From an uncultured delta proteobacterium (GTDB taxonomy: Bacteria; Desulfobacterota; Desulfobacteria; Desulfobacterales; JAFDCJ01), in contig CAVYNY010000011.1 of assembly GCA_963769935.1 (NCBI GenBank), forward strand, positions 579,032 through 643,031: a stretch of DNA of 64,000 nt, given 5' to 3'. Position numbers and translations under genes: made by a program. This document shows, piece by piece, positions 55,688 to 64,000 of this stretch. The first letter of the stretch is position 1, and each line of letters starts with the position of its first letter. The notes beneath the pieces are model-generated. The model saw nothing but the letters and a program-made list of their open reading frames with translations, was not told the origin of the DNA and ran no database searches.

Positions 55688-55709
55688 AGACTCAGAGGAA
55701 CCTAAGCTT

Positions 55710-55890
55710 AATTAGTGGTTGAGCGGAAACCCGCCCACATAAGGCTGTGTTGGGTTTCGCTCTTGGAAATCCATGACGGCATGTAGACCTTGATTGACGT
55801 AGGTTGGGTTGCGGGACGAAACCCAACATTATCGGTCGGGCTCAACCCAACCTACCCGAAATCTGGGCTTTTCGTTCAGGTACTAATTAA
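55710..55890. repeat. IR element containing a GTAG-type REP-like palindrome
   Basis: gtaggttgggttg...caacccaacctac inside aattagtggttgagcggaaaccc / gggcttttcgttcaggtactaatt ends. Confidence 0.65.
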
Positions 55891-56209
55891 CCTAAATTGG
55901 GTAAACTACGTAACATTGTGGATTTATTTTCATACTTTTATGGTAAGGATTCCCTTATAAGCAATCCTTCCGAAAACCTGTTTTTATTTTATCTATCTGA
56001 TATCATTTCAAAACGAAAAATGTTTACCTCCTGGTATATCTTTTGCAGCTCCAAAAGTTAAAACCCACCTGGAAGAAGCACAAAAATTAGCTCCAAACAG
56101 GAGGGTTTGAAAATGTCGGGAAAAAAGAGAAATCAAACCGACAAGCAAACAGAGGGATTCAGGGGGTTCAAAACCCCAATCCATATAGCAACTATACCTC
56201 CCCAAACCA

Positions 56210-56253
56210 GAATCCGAAGGAGAACTTTGCCCTCCTTCGGATTCAATTTTTTT
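56210..56253 (+). terminator. Intrinsic terminator
   Basis: GAATCCGAAGGAG-9 nt-CTCCTTCGGATTC followed by aattttttt. Confidence 0.65.
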
Positions 56254-56695
56254 GGGCTACAGGAATTTTTTGCCGCGATTAATAAGCAGATTTGCTTACA
56301 TAATTGAAAGCTTTGGGAACTTTGCCTGTAAGTTGTGAGTTGTCTGTTGTTTGTTGTTTGTTGAATATCGGCCGGCATCGCTGGTTTTGTTGTAAATTGC
56401 GTTTTATTATTGGTTACAACTGCATTAATTTGGTTGAACGGCCTGATTCTCAAAAACTCACGAGCTTCTTAACCGCTCACCCACTCACCGTTTCACCCAC
56501 TCACCGTTTCACCCACGTTTCACTCGTTTCATTTTCCCAACTTCCCAACCGTCCCACCTCCCCCACTTCCATCTTTTTCCTACACCCTATGCGCCATGCT
56601 CTATGCCCTTTGCCCTGTCAGCTTCTCAGCTTCTGATCTTCTTATCTTCTCATCTTCTTTCTTTTCCCTACCAGCTATCAGCTATGAGCTACGAG

Positions 56696-58891
56696 CTATG
56701 AGCCGCTGCTTCGTCGCCTCCAAATCGCTTTGGCAGCCAACAACAGGAATATCGCCACAAACACAATCGCCAGTTCGCGGCCTCTGATTTCACGCCATAG
56801 GTTCCACCATGACGGCGAGCCGGTTGAGCGGCGAGGCGGCCGCCGAAATAAAACAGCTGAGGTCGCTCGGAATCAGGCCGTCGAACAGATCATCGAGCGG
56901 TGAACCACCCGAACCTCCGTTTGGATCCGTCGCAGAACCAAAAGCGAGGGGATCGACGATAATACCGTTCGCGATGCCGTCCGCATCGCCGAAGCCGCCG
57001 TCCTTAAGGGTCAAATAGACCTCCCTGCGGTCGGAACTGAATTCGGTATAGCCGGAATAATCCAGAAAGACCGCATCAACGGGATCATATTTGAAGCAGT
57101 TGCCTTCATTGAAAGCCGGCTTGGAAAGATAAATGGTCACCGTCGTCTCATCGCCGGGGTTATTGACCAGCACTTTGAAGTCAAGCAAAGCGAATTCAAA
57201 AAAATTCGGTTTCCCTTTTGACCCGGAAATCACTTGCGGATCGGTGGGGTCTTCCGCTGCGAGTGAAAGGATTGAATAAGCATTTTCGGCATCCCGAATG
57301 CTGACACACATTTGGGCAGCATCATTATCAACACTGACACATTTGATATCATTCTGGGTCTTGTCCGCCGTACCGTCCGCATCGAGATCCAGCGTTTCGA
57401 CAACCTCCTGATCATCCGGCACACCGTTTTTATCCAGATCATGTCCGGCATAAGCCGTGGTGAATTCTCTTTCTTCAGACCATTCCGATGCATCGTCATG
57501 GTTGTCGATGTACTTTACCTTCCAGACGTAGTCGGTGTCTTCCTCCAGGATTTGATTGGGCAGTGTGATGGAGGTCAGGGAAGCGGAAGTGGTGACATCG
57601 AACACGCAGACATCATCAAAGGCCCGGACAATCTGCCACCGGGTTTTGCCGTGGACATCGTTGACGTTCGGGATCATCAAATTGATCGGTTTCAAGCCGC
57701 GGGGTTAATCCGACAGTCGCTCCATTTTCCGGCATCAACAGGTTCGGAGGATTCGGACTAAAATTGCCTTCATAGTGATTCGGCGCGGTCCCCAGATTGA
57801 ACTCGTTGATGTTGTTGACCCCATCGCCGTCCGGATCGTCGGCGGCATCGTTTTTGAGCGGATTTAAACCGTACGCCAGTTCCCATTCATCCGGCAAACC
57901 GTCGTTGTCGTCGTCAATATCCGCATTGTTGCCCTCGCCGTCGCCGTCGGTGTCCAGGTACTCGTCCGGATCGTACGGGAAGGCATCCTGAGCATCCGGC
58001 ACCCCGTCACCGTCGCTGTCCACAACCGCGGCCTTGGTGACCGTGACCACACAGGTATCGACATCCTGCAGACCGCCGTTGTCCGTCACGGTCAGCCTGA
58101 AAGTCAGGGTTTCACCGGCCATGCCGACGTTGGGCGCCGCAAAGGAGGCCCGCTTGGGTGCCGGCATGCGACAGCTGCACCGTTAATCCATCGATTTGCT
58201 GCCATTGATAGGAAGCAATGCTTCCACCCGGATCCGTCGAATTGCTGCCGTTTAATGTAACCGCCGCGCCTTCCGTGACGGTCTGATCCGGGCCGGCATC
58301 CGCTGTCGGTGCCTGATTGATGGAAACGAAGCTGGCGCTGATCGTGTGATTTTGGGTCACATTGGTAAACGTATAGGAGGTGACCGCCCCCACAGAGGCA
58401 CCGTCCACCCGGACATCCAGCACCTGATAGTTCTGATCGGCGCTGATGGCAAACGATTGATTGGCGCCCTGGTTGACCGTCAGTGTTCCGGCAGGTGAAA
58501 TGCTGCCGTTGGATCCGGCTGAGGCTGAAATTGTAATATGTCGGATTACCGACCGTGTAGGACAGTTCTGTTGAATAGCCGCTCTCATAATCGTCAGAAT
58601 TATAGGCGGTGACCGCAAAATAATAGGTGGTCCCATCCTGGAGTCCCGCAAGGGTATGCTCGGTTATATTGCCGACATCGTGTTGCTGGTATAATTTCCG
58701 CTGGAAGTTCCGTAATAAAGGATATAACCGGCCAGATCGGATTCGCTGTTGGCATCCCACGCCAGGGTGACATCGGCGCAGTGGGCAACAACAGGCACCA
58801 GGATCATAAAGCCGGTCAGGGCGGCAAAAAGAAAAAATCCTCGGCACAACCGGGATTTTTTTCGAGGACGGTTTAACGTTTTTGATTTCAT
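56696..58891 (-). CDS. Surface protein 3 (paralog, opposite strand), several frameshifts
   Basis: MKSK... signal peptide AHC-ADVTLAWD, FN3, PKD-like repeat, DSDGDGVPD repeats, DGGFGDADGIANGIIVDP, LSCFIS + TM + RRR tail. Confidence 0.8.
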
Positions 58892-58957
58892 TGAAGCACC
58901 TTCCAATTTCGTTATGCACCGCGCAAGGCGCAGCAACCATGAAAGGTGCTACGTTTG

Positions 58958-59050
58958 CCCGGCAACCCTGCCGCCATATTCCGGAATATTGGAACTTAGG
59001 CCAGTGGCTTTGCGTCCCACCCTTTCGAGTGGTTTGCCTTTATCAAGCAA
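58958..59050 (-). ncRNA. Cyclic di-GMP-I (GEMM-I) riboswitch
   Basis: Minus strand reads AAAGGCAAACCACTCGAAAGGGTGGGACGCAAAGCCACTGGCCTAA...ATGGCGGCAGGGTTGCC. This matches the GGCAAACC...GAAA...GGGACGCAAAGCC...CCTAA consensus and lies in the 5' leader of surface protein 3. Confidence 0.93.
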
Positions 59051-59083
59051 TTCTTCCTGAAAAAATAAGTCACCTTCGTATAG

Positions 59084-59099
59084 AGCAAATTAAATGCCA
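59084..59099 (-). promoter_or_regulatory. Sigma54 promoter upstream of the riboswitch
   Basis: Minus strand TGGCAT-TTAAT-TTGCT with canonical 12-nt GG-to-GC spacing. Confidence 0.75.
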
Positions 59100-59591
59100 A
59101 ACATTGAGATTTTTGGGGATCGTTTTAATACTCTTAAATTATTATAAATATAAACAGCGATATCCTTTGATTGCAATTTTGATTGTATCTTTTTGTTCAA
59201 ACAACATGGTATTTCAATTACAAGATGGTAATTTAAAGACAGAGGACAGATGCCAGAAGACAGACGACAGAGATCAAAGGCTAAAAAGCTTGAAGGCTAT
59301 TTCTCTGGGGCGAAGCCTACTATTCCTCTGGGGTAGGCAGGTGCTATCGTACTGGGGTTAGATGCTTCTTTGTAGATGAACGCGGCGGATTTAACTGGGG
59401 CAAACTCAATAAACCTGTACGTCAGCGCTTCCCAGCTTTTTTCAATCAGCCATGAACTATGAGCTATCTGATGGCGCGTCAGCGCCTCATCACCCACTTT
59501 CTCAACTTCTCACCGTACTTGCCCCGTTAAATTTTCCACAGGAAAGAAGCAGAGCGAATTGGTTCTTAAATCATCAGCTCATAACAAAAGG

Positions 59592-59620
59592 TTGACATAA
59601 TAATTAACAAAGTTTATATT
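59592..59620 (+). promoter_or_regulatory. Putative sigma70 promoter of the TA operon
   Basis: TTGACA-17 nt-TATATT. Confidence 0.55.
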
Positions 59621-59654
59621 TCAAAGTATCAACTTCAATCGAAAGGAATTCACC

Positions 59655-59891
59655 ATGCATGCGACTGCTAAAGAATTGAGGTTTAATTCAAAAAACCTTC
59701 TGGATGTTGTTTCTCGCGGAGAAGAGGTCATCATCACCTATCGTGGTAAACCCTGTGCGAAATTAATCCCTCTCAAGGAGACTGATAAAAAAGTATTAAA
59801 AGCGGATCCTCTTTTCGGCATATGGATAGATCACCAGGATGTGAAAAATGTGGAAAAATATGTTCGAAAGCTGCGAAAAGGAAGGTTTTAA
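59655..59891 (+). CDS. Phd/YefM family antitoxin
   Basis: TAKELR...GEEVIITYRGKPCAKLIP, 78 aa, stop overlaps the toxin start. Confidence 0.9.
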   Translation: MHATAKELRFNSKNLLDVVSRGEEVIITYRGKPCAKLIPLKETDKKVLKADPLFGIWIDHQDVKNVEKYVRKLRKGRF

Positions 59892-60268
59892 TGCTGATTG
59901 ATACTGATGTGCTTGTCTGGTACATGCGTGGAAATGAAAAAGCCAAACGAGTGATTGAAAATTCTGATGGTTTTTCCATATCAGTCGTAACCTATATGGA
60001 ATTGGTGCAGGGACTTCGAAACAAAGAAGAATTAAATGTTTTAAGAAATTCTTTTAAGAGTTGGAATGCCGGGATAATTTACATTAACGAAGAAATTTCA
60101 ATCAAGGCTATGTTTTTGGTCGAACAATATTTCCTCAGTCATTCTCTACAACTGGCAGATGCTTTAGTTGGCGCCACCTCAATGATATACGGTCTTCCCT
60201 TGCTGACGGCTAATACAAAACACTATACCGTAATAAAAAATATTATTTTAAAAAAATTCCACCCATAA
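59891..60268 (+). CDS. vapC: VapC (PIN domain) toxin
   Basis: MLIDTDV, ELVQG, LADALVGATS, LLTANTKH. Confidence 0.92.
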   Translation: MLIDTDVLVWYMRGNEKAKRVIENSDGFSISVVTYMELVQGLRNKEELNVLRNSFKSWNAGIIYINEEISIKAMFLVEQYFLSHSLQLADALVGATSMIYGLPLLTANTKHYTVIKNIILKKFHP

Positions 60269-60573
60269 TCTTCTTGTGCACGGGAAAAAACGATTCAATT
60301 GGCTAATAATTGCCACATCTTTCGTCTCTTTCCTTTCTCCTTTATCCTTTTGCCTTTAACCCTTGTCCTTAATTTTTATCGAATCAACGTCCCAGTCAAC
60401 TTAATTTATCCAGTTAAATATCGATAGATCAGCGTAGCGGATTTAACCGGGATCAACTCAATTAACTGACGTTCCAGTGTCTCACCCTCTTCTCAACTTC
60501 CCAACTTCTATCCGCTCTGCCTCTCAACTTTCTTTACCTTTCTCAACTTCTTAATTTCTAATCTTCTATCTCT

Positions 60574-61485
60574 TTAGCGCCTTTCATCAACAATCTCCAT
60601 CAAGTACTGCCCGTATTCATTTTTCAAATAAGGCTCTGCCAGTTTCTTCAATTGGTCTGAATCGATATAGCCCATGCGCCAGGCAATTTCTTCGACGCAG
60701 GCAATCTTCAAGCCCTGCCTCTTTTGAATCGTTTCGACAAATAATGATGCTTCCAGAAATGATTCGTGGGTTCCTGTGTCCAACCACGCAAAACCTCTTC
60801 CGAGCAGCTCTACCTTGAGCACCCCTCGCTTAAGGTAGGCATCGATCACATCCGCAATTTCAAGCTCCCCCCTGGCAGAAGGCTTCAGTCTTGATGCAAT
60901 CTCAACGACTTCTCGATCGAAAAAATACAGTCCGGGAACGGCATAATTCGATTTCGGTTTGCGGGGCTTTTCTTCAATGCTCAGCACATTGCCCTCTTTA
61001 TCAAAATCGACAACCCCATAGCGTTCCGGGTCTTTGACGTAATATCCGAAAACGACGCCGCCTCTTTTGGTTTGAATAGCCCTGCCCAGAATCTCGGGCA
61101 GGCTGTGGCCGAAAAAGAGATTGTCCCCCAGTATCAGGCAGCAATTTTCATCCCCAATAAATTCCTTGCCGATAATAAAAGCCTGAGCCAGGCCTTCGGG
61201 TCGCGGTTGAACGGCATAAGACATGTTCAATCCGATGCGGGAACCGTCGCCGAACAACGCCTCAAATTTCGGCAGGTCTTCCGGCGTCGAGATGATAAGA
61301 ATGTCCCTGATGCCTGCCATCATGAGAATCGAAAGCGGGTAGTAGATCATCGGCTTGTCGTAGATCGGCAGAAGCTGTTTGCTGACGACATGGGTGATGG
61401 GGTACAGCCGGGTGCCGGATCCGCCGGCCAGAATAATTCCCTTAACCGAAGTGTGATTGGGCTTGGGAAACGAAATATCGATCAT
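60574..61485 (-). CDS. rfbA: Glucose-1-phosphate thymidylyltransferase
   Basis: [40 protein letters not shown]. Confidence 0.97.
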   Translation of the reverse strand: MIDISFPKPNHTSVKGIILAGGSGTRLYPITHVVSKQLLPIYDKPMIYYPLSILMMAGIRDILIISTPEDLPKFEALFGDGSRIGLNMSYAVQPRPEGLAQAFIIGKEFIGDENCCLILGDNLFFGHSLPEILGRAIQTKRGGVVFGYYVKDPERYGVVDFDKEGNVLSIEEKPRKPKSNYAVPGLYFFDREVVEIASRLKPSARGELEIADVIDAYLKRGVLKVELLGRGFAWLDTGTHESFLEASLFVETIQKRQGLKIACVEEIAWRMGYIDSDQLKKLAEPYLKNEYGQYLMEIVDERR

Positions 61486-61515
61486 GCAAACCTCCAAAAT
61501 TATTTTGGCAAATGA

Positions 61516-62551
61516 TTGGATTCTGTTTTATATGAAAGAGAATTAGACAGGATCAACAGGATCAACTGGATATCTTGCTATTCTTTGTTTCCGGAAGAAA
61601 CAATGAATAATCAATCGCCTCCGGCGAGAAAAATTTGGTAGTTTATTACTGACAATCTTATTATTTGAATCAATTGGGATTCGCATCACTTTCGCGAAAG
61701 CGTTAATTAAGCTTTTTTATTTGCCTCAGGTAAATAAAAAAAGTAATATCCCCATAAAGCACGGTAGGAATGCCCCTCACGGGACACCCCCCGCGCAGAC
61801 CCGTACGTGCGGAACTACCGCATACGGTTCCTGCCTTGGGTAATGACAACCAAACCGCTGGTTGGGCCAGGGATGCTTACACCTTGGGTGCGCGGTGAAC
61901 TGCATCTGCCTGTCTCGCTCAGCTGCCTTCCGTACGTCGATCAGTCCACGCGACACCTTCCTGCCCGAACTCTGGGTTCCGGTGGTGGGCGACTTGACCC
62001 GCGTTCCCCTTGGCCAACCCCCTTCCCTGACCAGACTCCTCCAGTCGTTGGGCACGCTCCCGGCGTGCTTGAGAACTGCTCGTTCGCCTGTTTTGACGGT
62101 ACTATGGGGCTGTATGACTCCCTAACGGCGTACGTGTGGGACGTTCGGCTCCTTCACCTTCTCCCACCGATCTAAACCATCTCTAGCTTTCAGATCCATT
62201 AGGGCCTCCCGGCTTCCGACACCAAAGTATACAGGTACATGCTCAGGGTCTCTGACTCCGCAGGGCCGTGCAGCTCCTTGTCTTTAGCGTTGCTGTCCGT
62301 GTCGCCTTCCGTGTACAGGAATACCGTCGGCGCCCTCGATTGGGATTTTTCGTAGCTCAATACCTGGCCTATACCAACCCCTGTCAACGTTTCCCCAAGT
62401 GAGTTACCCCGCATGGGACATGACTCGGGGACAAAGTGGTTGACCTACCTTCCTTTGTGTGGCATTCTCAGCCATACCTTTGTGCCGGCTTGGCCAGCGC
62501 ATCTCCTGTAAATCCTGTCAAATATTTCTAAATATAAATCGCATCCACTCC
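61516..62551. mobile_element. MITE-like element, gacaggat family, copy 3 (interrupted by the group II intron)
   Basis: Left end ggattc...tagacaggatcaacaggat, internal tcgcctccggcga, right end tcctgtaaatcctgtca...aaatcgcatcca. Confidence 0.7.
61760..62502 (-). mobile_element. Group II intron RNA, ORF-less (RT ORF internally deleted)
   Basis: 5' ATGCGCTGGCCAAGCCGGCAC, domain V GAACCGTATGCGGTAGTTCCGCACGTACGGGTC, domain VI GGGGGGTGTCCCGTGAGGGGCATTCCTACCG. Residual IEP ends fused as RKAAERDRQMQFTA|HPRCKHPWPNQRF. Confidence 0.88.
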
Positions 62552-62557
62552 TTAAAT

Positions 62558-62683
62558 CTATAAAAGCTTTGACTCTGCGGTGTATAATCTTGCAATCATC
62601 TCCTCCAGCGCTTTTGTCCACGGTCGCGGGTGAATTCCGAATTTGCGCATGATTTTGGAACAATCCAGCACCAAATTCCCCCT
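62558..62683 (-). pseudogene. rfbD: 3' remnant of dTDP-4-dehydrorhamnose reductase
   Basis: VLDCSKIMRKFGIHPRPWTKALEEM resembles the RfbD C-terminus. Upstream of and co-oriented with rfbA, cut by the IS end. Confidence 0.7.
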
Positions 62684-63292
62684 GTGTAGGATAGTTGTCA
62701 CCTCTGACCGATCTGATCGCCGATGGGGAAGCCCCCCCGGGGGGCTTCCCCATCGGCGGCAACCCAATATTTCTCCGCGTAATTTAATTTTGGGGGCGGA
62801 GGAGGTTGACATGCAGTATTCTGATATGTTCAAAAATGCGATGATACAAAAAATGACCGGTCGTACCCAAACTTGCGGATCAGGGTGTTTATCTGGCCTC
62901 TGAATCGACTTTTTACCGGGTTCTCAAAGAGCATAAGATGCTGGGCATCGGCAGCTTCAAAATCCGCTGTCTGCCGCCGTCCAAAGCAGCATGTAGCCAC
63001 CGGTCCCTGCCAGGTGTGGAGTTGGGACATAACGTACCTGAAGACTCCGTTAAGGGCCTATTTTTCTATCTTTACATGATTGTCGATGTTTGGAGCCGCA
63101 AAATCATCGCCGCCCAGATCTTTGCTGAAGAATCCATGGATCACAGCGCGATGCTATTGGCCCATGCGTGCATGATCCACGGTGTGCAGCCTGAAGAGCT
63201 CGTGCTTTATTCCGACAACGGTGGCCCGATCAAAGGTGCCGCCATGTCGGCGACTTTACACAAACTGGGCGTCATTGCATCGTTCTCACGGC
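62684..63292 (+). mobile_element. IS3-family element remnant (deleted and frameshifted transposase)
   Basis: TG-starting end tgtgtaggatagttgtca, OrfA start MQYSDMFK, rve motifs GPCQVWSWDITYL, LYMIVDVWSRKI, SDNGG. Confidence 0.85.
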
Positions 63293-63630
63293 TCGGGCTT
63301 CTACTACTGCGCCACTTCATCAAAATCTGGCGCCGACAGGCCCACTTTATTATCCCCGCTAAATCCAACAATCGCCCGAAAGTCTTGCGGACGCTCGGCA
63401 AAGGCGATTATCTATGCCAATCTCGAATCCAAGACCATACAACCCTCATCGTTCGGGTACTTCGTCTATCGAAAGGGGTATCGTCGACGCCGCCTGGTTA
63501 CCTCTCTGCTGCACCCAAGTCTGTTTCCGGCTTCAGAACTGGCTAATCTGTATCACATGCGCTGGGATATCGAGACTTATTACGTGATTTCAAACACACC
63601 CTGCGGGCTACATCCTGGCATTGTCACACC
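63293..63630 (+). mobile_element. IS4-family transposase fragment
   Basis: RLVTSLL...[16 protein letters not shown] (Y-x2-R-W-x-I-E signature). Confidence 0.7.
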
Positions 63631-63645
63631 CCAACCCCATTCCCT

Positions 63646-64000
63646 TCAAATTTCATTTGATAGCAACATGTCTTTGATATTTTTAAGAACGTGATCCAGA
63701 TCTTTAATAGGAGATCCCTTCAGAGGCGATGGTTCAACGTCTCCTTTTGAATTGTGATAATGATGAGGAAAAGTTGATATTTTCTGGAAATGCGGAGCGT
63801 TATCCCATCTTACGATTGGATAGTCCGTATAGAGTTGATAAGAGTAGATCGTTTCATTTTCCGTCTGGATTAGTCGAATATCAAGGTGATAAGCAGATGG
63901 AAGCAAGTTACAACGTATTCGCAATACGCTTCGCGTTAAAACTTCATCAATGGCTATAATCTTTAATGAAGAGATAGATGAAACGGATTTAAGAAATGAT
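63646..64000 (-). CDS. DUF6516/TumE-like putative TA component (5' end outside the window)
   Basis: YSYQL...VRWDNAPHF...TFPHHYH motif. The frame stays open to the window edge. Confidence 0.7.
   Translation of the reverse strand, partial: SFLKSVSSISSLKIIAIDEVLTRSVLRIRCNLLPSAYHLDIRLIQTENETIYSYQLYTDYPIVRWDNAPHFQKISTFPHHYHNSKGDVEPSPLKGSPIKDLDHVLKNIKDMLLSNEI

Noticed and set aside
51700..58534. Diversity-generating retroelement (TR/VR pair)
   Set aside because: The differences I inspected between the repeats include C/T and G changes rather than adenine-only changes. The repeat is long and coding in both copies, and no intact RT is present.
58958..59050. 3',3'-cGAMP-sensing (GEMM-Ib) variant
   Set aside because: The discriminator position is G, not A.
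61777..62055. Functional intron-encoded reverse transcriptase
   Set aside because: Only the terminal stubs remain, with no RT domains or YADD motif.

Overview
A 64-kb chromosomal segment, most likely from a Desulfobacterota (Desulfobacterales-like) bacterium. This is inferred from gene content, not from a database search. The left and central parts hold two-component and c-di-GMP signalling genes, a GT4/methyltransferase cluster and housekeeping genes (ftsK, rnj, plsC, tmk, surE, lptD, ihfB, holB, ricT, metG, kdsB, an unusually large glmS-like gene, pyrG, eno). Highlights: (1) a secreted DsbA-like oxidoreductase with an in-frame TGA in a U-G-Y-C redox motif and a SECIS-like hairpin, i.e. a selenoprotein that the ORF track splits in two. 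(2) A sigma54-controlled cell-surface locus (46.5-59.1 kb): a Sat-CysC fusion, an NtrC-type activator and three mosaic paralogous FN3/PKD/Asp-rich-repeat proteins ending in Gly-rich 'CFIS'-TM sorting signals. Two paralogs share a duplicated enhancer/sigma54/two-hairpin leader. The third has a sigma54 promoter plus a c-di-GMP-I riboswitch. Paralogs 1 and 3 share a ~0.9-kb inverted near-identical block. (3) An ORF-deleted group II intron inserted into one copy of a dispersed MITE-like repeat, between rfbA and an IS-truncated rfbD. (4) Intergenic DNA packed with nested inverted-repeat elements and heptamer-periodic tracts, some of which appear to lie in frame in signal-peptide regions. Several genes, including enolase, carry single-base frameshifts that are probably sequencing or assembly errors. 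No rRNA, tRNA or CRISPR array was seen.
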